Below are positions 35,173 to 47,800 of a DNA stretch of 64,000 nt, one piece after another. This stretch comes from Geosiphon pyriformis uo1 (taxonomy: Eukaryota; Fungi; Glomeromycota). Made by a program: the position numbers and the translations under genes. The stretch spans positions 153,008-217,007 of the forward strand of contig JAAOMT010000603.1 of the NCBI GenBank assembly GCA_016748015.1, written 5' to 3'. The stretch's first letter is position 1. Every line of letters begins with the position of its first letter. The notes beneath the pieces are model-generated. The model saw only the letters and a program-made list of their open reading frames with translations. It did not search any database and was not told the origin of the DNA.

Positions 35173-38100
35173 ATAAGTAACTTAATTTGGAAGATAGCTA
35201 TGTGTAATGTTTGTGGCATTAATGTCCCAGCCAAGCAGAAAGATGTTGTGTGCTGGCATCTTAATTCTGGTATTATGATTTCAATTATTACAAAAACAAA
35301 GTTAAAGTCTAGCACTAGGTCATAGATCATGAGTAGATTTGATAAGATGCAAATTTTTATTTCTGGTTTGAATAAGGGTTTATTCAAAGCTGGAGTAGCT
35401 ATTATTATAAACAGTTTTTTGGCTCATCATGTTTCTAAGATTGAGGAGATTCTTGATCATTTTATTTTAGTTTAATTTCTCTTTAAAGGCAAGCTTTCAG
35501 TTACAATTTTGGATTTATATGCTGGTGCTTCTGTTGAGATTAGATTTGGATTGGCTATGGAGGTCAACTTTCTTATAGCTAAGGCAGTTAACTCCAGCAG
35601 TTTTGTGGTTTTGGGTGGAGATTTTAATGAAGATGAATCTAAGAAGAGTGCAAGTTTCAGAAAGTGTCTCAATTTGGGATTGGTCAATTCTTTATCAAAA
35701 AGTTCGGTTATAAGAAGTTCTATATAGAAAAATTCAAAGAATGCTAAAAAAACAATTAATTATATGTTTGTCTCTTTAGATTTGATTAATACAATAGTAT
35801 GTTGTAATGTTATGGATGTTAATAAACATTTTGATACTAATTATTGTGCAGTTACTATGTCAGTGAGTTTAGGTGGACTTTTGAGTATACTGTTATGGTT
35901 GAAATCTATATTTCTTATTAATTATCACATGTATTAGCCACTGATGTCATATAATTAGCCACTTTATTTTTAGATAGTAATCATTAATCTGATCATTGAC
36001 CACTTTTGATAGCTATATAAGCAATAAATCTCTTAGCTGTAGAAAAGCATATATAAATTAAAGAAAAAAAAGAAATAAAATAACAACTTTATTTTAATTC
36101 TTCTCTTTTCACTAATCTTCTTTTCTTTACCTTTAAGTATCTAAACATTTTAGAATAAAAAATTACTTGTTGGCATTTACCTACCCTTTTCCTAACTTGT
36201 ATAATTATAGTATTTGAAGATTATTGAATAAAATGTGACTGAAGAATACATCTGATACCTAATATTGAATTTTAAGAGTGCTGACATAAGGCATAGAATT
36301 ATACCAGTGTGTGATCATTTGTTAACAGTACAGACTATCCCTCTACCTTCAGATTTCCTAGTTATCTTTTGAAAAGTATAACAACTAAAATATTATGAGA
36401 CTGATCTCATACATTAAATTCATACTTATTCAATTTACTCTTTGAAGTTGAATTCCCTTTGATTTCTTTCATTACCCTACAATCTTGTTCTCTTTTGCTA
36501 TCCATTAGCTTGTTACTCCAATCCATAACAATACAATTATGCTCTCTTTATAAACAAACAAATAGAAATTATTAAAATTTTAATTTTAAGAGTGCTAATA
36601 TTATTAAATAGACCAAGTTCAAAAAAGCTATAGTGATAAATGCCACTATGTTTTTTAATAAGTTTTTTGTGGCTGTGAGATTTTTAGATTTGGACACAAT
36701 ATAGAATGCTGTTTGCAAAGCTATGTGTCTATTAGTTGAGAAAGTTTTTAGAAAAAAATGATTCAAGAATTATGACAGTATCTTTACTAAGGAGTCATCC
36801 AGATTTCACAAACTAGAACTTTTGGTGTTTAAGATTGTTAAAACTTTTTGTCTGGTTTTTCATGATGAGTTTGCTTTATTGCTGAATACATGAGGCTATT
36901 TTGATACTGTTAATGCTTCTGAAGTGAAATTTTTTTCCTTTTAGAGTCTTATTTTAATGCTATTAGGTCAATTTTGGCTAAGATTAAGAAGTTTTATTGC
37001 TCTTCTAAGATATTAGAGTTGGGATGTATTAGAGAATCTCAGATCAGATTGGCAATTAATAAGAGAATAGAAGATTTTGAAGTGAACAAGAGTTATACTA
37101 TCAGAAATGTATTGAAATATTCCTTTCACAAAATAGTATTAAACCATTTGGTCATTGATAATAAATTGGTTCTGAAGCCTAATTTGATTAAGTCCAAGAT
37201 AAACATAATTATAAAAAGCTGGACTAGAAAGTGTGAAGTAATTACGAATTTCTCTAATAATTGGTCTTATTAGTATCATTCATTGGAATATGTTTTTGAT
37301 AATGTTTTCTCAAACATAATAAGCCCAGTTAGTTTTGATGAATTGCTTAGTGTGGTTTTTAATCTGCCTAATGGCAAGGCTGCTGGTCTTTCTGGTATTT
37401 TGAATAAACTCTAAAAACATTGTGACAAATCAGTTTTGAATATGTTTTTGGTGTTTTTGAATTCTTTTTTATCTTGTGAATCAGTGCCTAATACTTAAAA
37501 AAGAGCTTGGGTTTCAATAATTCTCAAACCTTATGAGTAAAAAAATGTTTTTATAAACACTAGACCTATTGCTTTGATTAAAACTGTCTGTAAAATACTC
37601 TTCAAAATTCTCTCTAACAGGATCTCTTTAGCATGTGACATTTCTAATGTTCTCCATGAGAACAATTTTTTAGTTTTAAAGAGTATAATAATACAATCTC
37701 CTATCTTTGTTATTGGTTTAGTAGTTAAAGATGTCTTGAAAAAAAACTGCAAACTCTGGCTGGTTTTATAAAACATGTAGTAGACTTATGATTTTGTTGA
37801 GTGAAAACATCTAAGGAAAAGTTTGGTCAAGATAAAAATATGTGGCAAGTTTATTAAGTTTTTTGACAGCATTTATAATGACCATGTTAACAAAGTAATA
37901 ACTGACTTTGGGTTAATGAGTAAATACTAGGTGCATAATAATTTGGATCAAAAAGAGGTGTTTTTACTTCTTTTTTGGCACATATTTTATGATTCTCTTC
38001 TGTATAAAGTTAAAAGACAGAAAAGTGTGTATAGGTATAGGTTGAATTCTTATTTTGTTGTTAGGACTGGTTGTTTAGAATTTTAAGCTGAATTGATATC

Positions 38101-40501
38101 TTTTCTTGCTGCTAGTGCTTTTGTTGATAATACAATCTGAGTTGGTAGCAGCCAAACTGCTATCCAACACATTCTTAATATTGCTAGTAAATTTTTTTGA
38201 ATCAATAACATCTTAATTAATAATGACAAAACAGTGGTCATTCTTGTCAATTGCAGAGTTGAATGCCCTTTTTTATCAATTAGCTGTTTGCCTATTTCTA
38301 TTGCCAAAAAGTGGAAGTCTTATTGCTATCTGGATATTTTTTTATCTACTGAGAGTTTGTTAAAGTCTAATTTTGTTAAAGCATATTTGGATGTCCAGTT
38401 TTTTGTCAATCTTGTTTTTAGGAAGGCCATTTCTGATAAGCAGTTTTCATATTTGGTGTTGGCAGTTCTCCATCTTATTGTAAGCTATAAAATACAATTT
38501 AGCTTTGTTTCTATTAGTGTGTATAATAAGTGAAATGTTTTGATTCATAAAAGCTTGAAGTCAAAGTCTAATCTGCTTCTCAATTTCTCTAATAACATGT
38601 TTTACTACTTTTCACTATATGGTTTAAAAACTTTTAAGCAAGTCTAGGCTGAGAGCAAAATTGCTTCTGTTGTGTGTTTTGTGAACTTTGTTGGAATTTT
38701 GGGTCGTTTGTTTTTACACAGGTCTCATAATTTGCAAGTTTTATTTTGGTGTCCACTTTACTCTTTGATTTCTTCAGCTTGTATAAAAGTCAATACTTCT
38801 AATAATTTTTTGGCAAGTGTGGTTTGTATCTTTTTTGAATACAATTTATCTCTAAGTAGTCATATAAACAATTTTTTTCATTTTCATAGTAAAACTTTTA
38901 TGTTAACTGTTCTTGGTAAATCCAAATTTTTTAAGTTTTTCCCTTTACTTCAGCAGTATGGCATTGCTTTTGTGGACCAGCTTCATGGTAAAAATAGAGC
39001 TATTTTTAATTGGAAAACTTTTAAACATTGAAAGAGACTGAACCCATGTGGCTCAATTTCTAACTGATTTAAGTTTTCTGTTAATTTTTTCAGTAATGTG
39101 GTTTTTTTTTCTATGTGTTTCTCTTTTTTGGATGTTTTTGGGCTCTCAAATGTTCTTAAGTCTAGTAAGTTTGAGATAGTTTGCAATTGTTTTTTAGATG
39201 TTGATGCTGGTGGTCTTTTTGTTTATACAGATAAATCTTTAAGAGACTTGGAAAAATTTAGCATAAAGGCTGATGTGGCAGTTTTTTTAAGGACATTAAC
39301 TTAGGTTTGAGTGTCAAGATTTCTGGTTTGATGTCTTCTATTTTGGTGAAGTTGTAAGCTATAATATTGGCTTTTAAGTGTGTTCTATCTTATAGTTCAG
39401 TTCATTTTTTTACAGACAGTCAAGCTGCTTTGGATGCATGTAAATCAGAATTAAGTTTAGTGTATCCAGATTTTAGGAATTATTGTTGGGTCAAGCATTA
39501 GCACATTGTAAACATTATTCAGAAAAAAAATTTAAATGTTAGCTGGTACAAAGTAAAGGATTACTTAGGTGTTTTGGGTAATGTATATGCTAACATACTT
39601 GTCGATACTGCTTTTTTTTTTGGTACCTTTTTCCTCCTTAATTAGAAAAACATTATATTTTGGCTAAGAGTGATGTGGTTTTTGGTAATTTTAGACATTT
39701 TGTTTATGAGGTCTTCTAGTCTATTTATTGTGTATATTGAGAAGTTGGTTTTGGTTCTAAAATTCTGAATAGTAGTTTACTCTTAGATATTAATTGGTTT
39801 ATTTTGTCCTTGGTATGGCATTCTGATTTACACATAGTTGTTGGTTTCACTAGTAAGTTTATTACTAGTGTTTACATGTACTTTATAAAAGCTTTGCACT
39901 ATTGGCTGTTAGTTGCTGTTCAGAAGTGCCTATATGACAAACATTATTCCAGTGTATTGTGTTTGTATTGTGATAATGTTGAGATCTTGAACTATGCTTT
40001 TTCTTGTATGGTTGATGATTTTGTTTGTTGCAGTCTATTGGATGCTTATGTGGTTGCTTGGAATACACTCTCTGATTTTTCTCATTTCTTTTCTTGTGTG
40101 TTTCAGTTGTTGTCCTCTTGTGTTCTGAATATTGTAGTATATACAGCTCTTTATAAGAGCTTTGTTTTTAATGATTGAATTCAAGAGGCTGTATTTGTCT
40201 TTGGGAATTTCAAAGTTGTGAATCAGAAGGTTGTAAACTTTGTGCATGATTTCTGTTTTGCTTTTAGGGATGAGATTTGGTTAGTCTATGCTAAACACCA
40301 TGTCTTTATGAAAAAGAATGGACTTATACTATGTAATAGTTTGGCTTCAGTTCCAGTTTTTGGGTTGTTATTAAAGTTTTTTAATGGTGTGACTAAGTTG
40401 CTTAATATTGATGAGATATTTGGTGCTAGTTTTGGTTTTCATAAATCTTGCTTGTTTTTTTAGGTGTTAGAAACCCAGTCTTAATTTATATAAGTACATA
40501 G
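35173..40501 (+). pseudogene. LINE copy 2 ORF2 (APE endonuclease-RT-RNase H-Zn finger), interrupted by solo LTR 35891-36530
   Basis: ORF fragments 35509, 36974, 37574, 38234, 38672, 39804 and 40218 align with ORF2 of copy 3. Confidence 0.88.
35891..36530 (+). mobile_element. Solo LTR of the E1 family (640 bp), opposite orientation to E1
   Basis: Reverse complement of the E1 LTRs; TGTTA..TAACA; TSD ATAC (35887-35890/36531-36534). Confidence 0.95.
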
Positions 40502-40582
40502 TATTGTTTTGATCAGCTTGAATGGCTGGTCACATGTAAAAAATGTATGATTTACACCTAGTTTAAATTAATTATTTAATGT

Positions 40583-41426
40583 TATTACGGGATGGTTTTC
40601 TTGTTATATTTAATTGCTGATATCCTGCTTTAATTGCAATCAGTCTTTCGTGAGTTCCTCAATTCTATTTGTGTGATAATGTCACTGTTACACTAAAGGC
40701 TTTCTTTTTACTGTTGCAATGTAAGTTATTCTTTAATTCTTGATTGTTGTGTGTGTTTATGTACTCCTTCTCAGAGGCTGAACTGAAATCTACCCACTGT
40801 CTGGGGTCTTCTCTGAGGCTATCCTTGCAATTGCCTGATGTGTTTCTCTAATCTAGAAACACAGAATGTTAATGGTCTTTAGCGCTTTTCTAATTCTCAC
40901 AATAAAGCTTTTATCAATTAATAACAACGTGAATAATCTTGATCAAGGATTATTCTTCCAAGGGTTTCAGTTGATGAATGATANNNNNNNNNNNNNNNNN
41001 NNNNNNNNNNNNNNNNNNNNNNNNNNNNGTTTTAAATATTTCTTTTTGATTTTTAAAGGTTTCTTGGGATATTTAATTTGAAAGTATGATTTAAAGTGGA
41101 GTTTGTTGGATAAAATTGGATCTATTGCTTGATAAGTTATGATTTTTATTACTTGATTGATTCTTTCTCAATATTAAAACTACTGTATATATACATGTTT
41201 GTAGTTCTACGAGAAAATACTTTCTTTTTGATATTTCAACCTGGTGCTTGCTGCTATCACCAGTTGGTGTTGGCTGCTATTGTAAACTGGTGCTTGCCAC
41301 TATCGCGAGATGGTGTTTGCTACTATGTTAATCATTACCTTTCTAAGATTATTAGTGTGCTATATTATGATTGAATAGTTTGTATTATTTTTATGATTCT
41401 TTTTGCTAAATTCTTAAACCGTAACA
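40583..41426 (-). mobile_element. Fourth LTR family: solo LTR or assembly-collapsed full element (contains N gap), inserted in the LINE 3' UTR
   Basis: TATTACGG...CCGTAACA inverted ends; TSD ATGT (40579-40582/41427-41430); shares TCTACCC..CTGGG(G)TCTT..AGGCTATCCTTG with the E2 LTR; CTGGTGCTTGC repeats at 41240-41330. Confidence 0.82.
40985..41028. other. Assembly gap (N run)
   Basis: Run of n characters. Confidence 0.99.
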
Positions 41427-42989
41427 ATGTATTATATTAGGTAGTGTTTGAACTTTACTTATTAAAAAAAAAAATTTATATCAAATAATAATTTTTTGTT
41501 AAATAGCAATTTTAATAATACTATAATATTAATTATATAATTTATATTAAAGACAAACTTTAATAATAATAATGATAAAAATTTAACAAAATTAATTATT
41601 ATATCTCTAAAAAAATAGCCAATAAAAAATATATAATAGAAAATATATTGTAAAAAATATTTATTTAAATTATTATTTTTATTAAAAATTTAATATTTAT
41701 ATATTATTATGGGTAAACTTAGAGAATATGTTTGTAATATTTGGTATTTATAATTTAATATTAAGAGCCAGTTGATTTTTGAATAAATTAATATTTGTTG
41801 TAAAGTTAATTATTAGTTTTTAAAGATTTTTTTATTTGATATTCTATTTGTTGAGTTTTTTTATTATAAAATACAAAAATATTGTTTCTTTTAATGTATT
41901 GTTATATTTGTGTTTTTTTTCAAGTTAATCAAGTACAGTTATTAAAATCTAGCATTGTTTTTTTGTTTTTTGATAAGCAAACAAAATAAAATTAATATTC
42001 AAATTTAAGAAAAACTTTTATTTTTTATTAAATTATTATAAAGTTTATTTCCAGACAATTAATTTTCAATGTTACTGTTCCATAAAAAATAAAAAAAAAT
42101 AAAAAATAAAAAATAAAAAATTAGTATTCTATTAATTATTATGATTAAAAACAATTAGTTTAAGTTATTAAGATTTTAAAAGCATTTATGCTAATTACAT
42201 CTGGCTTGAAACAAAACTAAACAAAAACAATTAATTAGATTTCAATACTTAACTATTATAAGATCATAAACTTGTAAATTAAACAATAATATTTTATTTA
42301 GTAAATTTAAAATATAAAAAATAAAAATAAAAAAAAAGTTTTTAAGCTAAAAATAAAATAATAATATTAATTTAATTCTTATATGTTCTGTTTTTTATCT
42401 GTTAAAACTATTACTTTTTATATATATATTTTAGTTCTATAAAATTGTTTTTAATTGCTTATTAATATTAGCTATTATTTACTATTTTAGCTATTGTTTT
42501 GTTTTTTTACACTATAATTAATTCTTTTATATTATTACTAATTATTTTATATTATTGTGTATTATCTTATATTATCTTGAATTATTTTATGTTATTTTGT
42601 ATTATTTTGTATTATCTTATTTTTTTATGTTATCACATGATAATTACATTCTTTTAATAGTTTTGAATTGGTTTTTTACTCAGATAATATTATTTTTTCT
42701 TTTTAAAATTGAGTTTTTGCAAAATCATAAATATTTTCAAAAATTGTTCTTTTAGTATAGTGTTTAATTATTGTGTTAAATATTGTTTTTTATAGTTTCT
42801 TAAACTAAAAATTTGTTATTTATTCAATATTATTAACTATAATAATTTTTAATGAATTTTTTAACAGTATAACTAAACAATATAAAACTTCTTTCTTTCC
42901 TTTGTCCAAAATTCCCAAAAAAGAGTCAAAAGTTTTTTCAAAAGAAGTTTTTTTACCATTCAGTACAATAAATCAAAACCGTTCTTCAA

Positions 42990-44818
42990 TTACGAGGCCA
43001 TTGTTGGCTCTGTTATTGCTGTTATAAAAAAGACTATTAAAGTTTCTGGTTCTGAGAGTGGTTTCAATGTGGTTGTATCGAGGAAAAAGAGGAAGGGAAG
43101 TGTATTGACAGAGGGTGTTGATAATAGAGGGGTTGCTACTAAAGCTCCTGGTGTTTGTTCATAGGATTCAGAGACTAGGGATACTACTAAATCTGAGAGT
43201 ATTGATATGGAAGAGGAGTATCTGGTAGAGGAGACCAGCTTTGATTATGGTGAAGGTGGTGCTCTGGCTGGTGGGAATCATGATCAGACACCCACGAGTT
43301 CAAAAGTTAAAACCAAGAAGGTGTTGGACAAGCCATTGGGAAAGATTGATTTCTCAAAGAGTAGTAATAATGATGGTGTTCTCTCGAATACTCCTCTTGA
43401 GCTCCCCCCTTCTATGAAAAACTTGGTCAATGTTCCAGTCAAGAAGTCATTCACGTTGGATATTGGCTTGGATAAGGTGGCCAACAAATCTTCTCAGGAA
43501 AAGCTTGTGGTGGTGAAGATATTATTTTCTGAAATCAATGGTTTTGGGGGGGGCGTCTACCCCCTCAAAATTCTCAGGGATTATCAGAGCAATGTTCACT
43601 TCCGAATTGAGTCTAATGAAAGCTACTGATAAGGCTGTGAATGCGAAGATCCTAGTAAACACTAATCTCAAAAAATCTTCTGGGTGGTTAGATCGGACTG
43701 TGGTCATAAAAGAAATTCTGATTGGAATGTTAGCTGAGGCTGTGCACACTGCGCTATCCGAGTTTGGAGTTGTTAGGGCAATTAAGATGCAATTAATCGG
43801 GCTGTGGCAAAAGACAGTGGTAGATTTCAAGCAATCAGATCAGGCTGATTTGGTTGCAGCTGAGTGGTCTATTCTGATTGGAAAAGATGCTGTATGTGTG
43901 GCTAGGGCTGATTCAGACAAAGAGGCATGGGACACAAGGGATTGACATAGGATGCTGCTCTACACATTGCCAATAGAGACTAATGCTCATGATATCTGAG
44001 ACTTTGTTAGGTCTGTGGGTGGGAAAACATGTGTCATTAATTGTCATCTTGTTACGTATGCTCAGGCCAGATGCACTGTTGTTTGCTTCAACTCTGCTGA
44101 GTCATTGAATGCTGTTGTGGGAACCATGCCAGTACTTAAAAATGCCAATCTCCGCTGGTCTTGCCTCATTTCTGCTAAATGTGCCAAGTGTGAGAAGTTG
44201 AGTTATACGTCATTGGGTTGTGTAATTGGTGGGAAATTTTCTTCTGGTAATTTGTCGCGTAAGGCTTTTTCAAACACAGATAAAAGCAGACTGGCAGCCA
44301 TCTATGCCAAACGCTCAGCTCCAGTTGCTCATCTGGTCTCTTTTGGTGATTTATCTTGGGCAAAGGTTGCTCGTGGGTCTTCTTCTTTCTCCTTTTCTAG
44401 TCAGAATGTTTTGTTGAATGATGGCTTCTCTTTGGAAATGAAGCCATCCCTACTGGTTATGATAGAAGTCAACAATAGGTTTGCCGCTCTTAAGTGCAGT
44501 TTCGCCAGCCTTGTGGAACAAGTTAATAAGCTGGCTAAGAAGTTGGATGCACTCAGATCAATGGTTTCCCAGCCTAGCCCTGGATGTCAGCCATTGGTCA
44601 CCCCTTCATCACAGGATCAAAGGGCGGATATAGTAATGAGTGAGGGCTTGGGTGTGTTTACTAATGGTGAGACTGTTGCGGGAGCAGTGTTTTTTGATAT
44701 GTCTTCAGTATCTAAGCTGGAAGATAGCATGAAATGTCTAATGGAAACAGTTCTGGGCCTTTTGGCCAAAGTGGATAGTATAAGTGTGCATTCAGTGTTC
44801 CTACCCTTCACTCAATAA
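42990..44818 (+). pseudogene. LINE copy 3 ORF1 (RRM-like region, degenerate CCHC knuckle, C-terminal coiled coil); start approximate
   Basis: ORFs 43207, 43538 and 44015; CAKCEKLSYTSLGC; frameshift in the G-run at ~43546. Confidence 0.82.
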
Positions 44819-47800
44819 GCAGTTTAGTCTGGAAATTTGCTACGTGCAATGTTAGGGGCATAAACAATCCTGCTAAGCAAGAGGACATTATTAGATGGCA
44901 TAAAGAAATGAACAATTTGATCTCTATCATTACTGAAACAAAATTAAAAGGTAAGGTTTGTCTGTGGATTGCAGATAAGTTTGATGATGTCCAAGTGTTC
45001 ACTTCTGGTTTAGACTCTGGTCACTTGGGTGCAGGTGTTGCTGTTATCATGGACGTTTCTTTGGCTCATTATGTGTGCAAGGTTTCTGAGGTGCCTGGTT
45101 GGCTCCTGTCTGTTAAATTACTTTTCAAGGGTAAACTTTCTGTGTTGATTCTGGGGCTTTATGTTGGTGCTTTTCCAGCAGTTCAATTCTCTCAGGCTGG
45201 TAAAGTCAACTCGCTCATTGCGAAGGCTGTTAATGAATCTTCTTTCATTGTTCTTGGTGGCAATTTCAATGAAGATGGTTCTCATAAGTATACAAGTTTT
45301 AGGAAGTGCCTTGATTTGGGTCTGGCAAATTCTTTGGTCGGAAGCCCGGCTGTGAAATTGCCCACTTGGACAAATTCTAGAGGTGTTAGGAAAACAATTG
45401 ACTATGTGATGGTTTTTTCAAATTTGGTTAATGTGATAGTATACTGCAGTGTCTCAGATATTGGTGAGCATTTTGAAACAAACCATTAGGCTGTTTCTGT
45501 GTCTTTGGGTTTGGGTGGTTTATTGAATGTGCAGTTGAACTCTCTTTGCAAACAGGCAAATAGAAATTGTTGGAAGTTTAATTTTAAGGGTGCTGATGAC
45601 ATGAAATGAAACAAGTTCAAGGGTGCTATGGCTGCTAATGCCACCATGTTCTCTGACGATTTTATTGTCTCCCAGTGATTCTCAGATTTGGATGCAATGT
45701 GAGATATTGTTCGCAAGATAATGGTTCTTTTAGCTGATGAGGTGTTCAAGAAAAAATGGTTTAAGAAATATGATAGTGTCTTCACTAGAGAATCATCCAA
45801 ATTTCATAAGTTAGAACTTTTGATATCAAAGCTGGTTAAATTCATTTCACTGTTGGATGTCTGGAGTTCTTTTGATGATGATAACGCCTCTGTGGTCAGA
45901 TCTCTTTTTCTCTCTGGCTCTCCTCTTGATACTGTTTGGTCAGCCTTTTCTAAGATCAGAAAAACCTATTGCTCACTTAAAATAACAGAATCGAAGCATG
46001 TAGAGGAATCTCATATTAAATCAGCAATCAATAAGAGAATAGAAAGTTTCAAGCTGAACAAGGGTCACACTATTCAGAGCATTCTAGAGCGCCCTTTCTG
46101 TAAAGTTGTTTTGGATCACTTAGTTGTGGACAATAAGCTAATTTTGAAACCTGGTCCTATGAAATCAAGGGTAATCATGGAAGGATGAACTAGGAAGTGT
46201 AGAGTGGTTCCCGATGTCCCTAATGTGTAACACCATTAGTATTGGCCATTGGATTACGTTTTTGATGAGGCTTTTTCTGGTGTAGCCAATTGAGTTTTTG
46301 GAATTGTTCGGTGTGGTTTCTGATCTGCCTATTGACAAAACTGCTGGTTTTTCGGGTATTTCAAATAAGCTGTGGATGCATAATAATAGGTTTGTTCTGA
46401 ATATGCTCTTGGTGCTTCTGAATTCTTGTCTGTCTCATGAGTTTGTGCCTGGTCCTTGGAAGAAAGCTTGGGTTTCGATGATCCCTAAACCATACGAGTG
46501 GGAAGGTGTCCTTACAAATACCTGACCTATAGCCTTAATTGAGATAACTCACAAGATCCTCTCCAAGATTTTCTCCGACAGGATATTGCTGGTGTGCAGT
46601 GCTCATGACATTCTTCATGGAGATAATTTTTCAGTTTTGAAGAGTACAACTACCCAAACTCCTATTTTTGCTATTGGTTCGGTTGTTGAGGATGCTTTGG
46701 AGAAAAACAGAGAGCTCTGGCTGGTATTGCAGGACATGTGAAAAGCATACAACTCTGTTGGGTGGGAGCATCTTGAGAAGTGTTTGGTCAGAATCAAAAT
46801 GTGTGGCAAATTTATTTGCTTTTTCAGTAATATTCATAAGAATCGGACCAATTGGGTTATGACAGATTTCAGTTTAACTAATGGTTATAGTGTACATGAT
46901 GGGTTGAACCAAGGAGAAGTTTTTTCCTTCCTTCTTTGGCACATATTTTATGATCCTCTTTTGTGTGAAGTCAAGCATCAAGAGAGTGTGTACAGATATA
47001 AACTTAATTCCCATTTTGTCTCTAGGAGTGGTCACACTGAATCTCATGCTGGGTTTTCTACTTTTTTCACTGCTGGGGCTTTTGTTGATAACACAATTTG
47101 GGTTGGCAGCAGTCAGACTACTACTCAACATATTCTCAATGTTGCTAGTGAATTTTTTCAGATTAATGACATTTTAATTAATAATGACAAAACTGTGGCC
47201 ATTCCTATTAATAGCAGAATCAGCAATCCGTTTCTTTTCATCAGTAGTTTACCCATTTCTATAGCCAAAAAAGGTGAATCTTATCAGTATCTTGGTATCT
47301 TTCTCTTAACTGATGGTCTTTCTAAGCCTAATTTGGCTAAAGCACATTCAGACGTTCATTTTTTCAGTAATTTGGTTCTAAAGAAAGTGGTTTCAGATAA
47401 GCAGTTCTTGTACCTAGTGTTGGCAGTTCTCCAACCTATAGTTAACTACAAGATGCAGTTCAGCTTTGTCTCTATTAGTGTGTGTGACAAGTAGGATGCT
47501 CTGATTTGCAAGGATTTGAAACTTAAATCTGGTCTTCCTCTTGATTTTCCTAGTAACACAATTCATCATCCTTCTTTTTATGGTTTGAGGTCCTTTTCAC
47601 AATGTTAATCTGAAAGCAAAGTTGCTTCACTTATTAGTTTTGCAAATTCCTGTGAAGTTCTGGGTCAATTGTTTAGTCACAAATCTTACGACTTGCAGGT
47701 TCTGTGTTGGCACCCCATTTATCCATTGAGTTCACCGGCTCGTACCCATGTCTGTGTTTCCAATAATTTCTTGTCAGGTTTGGTATGCATTCTTCTTAAA

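Larger units (their letters stand above)
13122..35176 (+). pseudogene. LINE copy 2 ORF1 (gag-like nucleic-acid-binding protein), interrupted by E3/E2 at 14565-34648
   Basis: GFGGAST.SKF, KMQLIGLWQK, LLYTL..TTAH and degenerate CxxC knuckle (CAKC ~14401), as in ORF1 of copies 3 and 4; resumes at KTWAQV 34654. Confidence 0.8.
5249..41474 (+). mobile_element. LINE copy 2, full-length but split into five pieces by LTR insertions (5249-5359, 13104-14564, 34649-35890, 36531-40582, 41427-41474)
   Basis: Removing the LTR elements and one TSD copy of each rejoins a colinear LINE: pyrimidine-rich 5' end, ORF1 (ATG 13122), APE (CNV..IN, GGDFN), RT (AFVDNT ~38118), RNase H (YTD ~39224), 3' UTR and poly(A) at 41464-41474. 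The 5' boundary is approximate. Confidence 0.9.
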
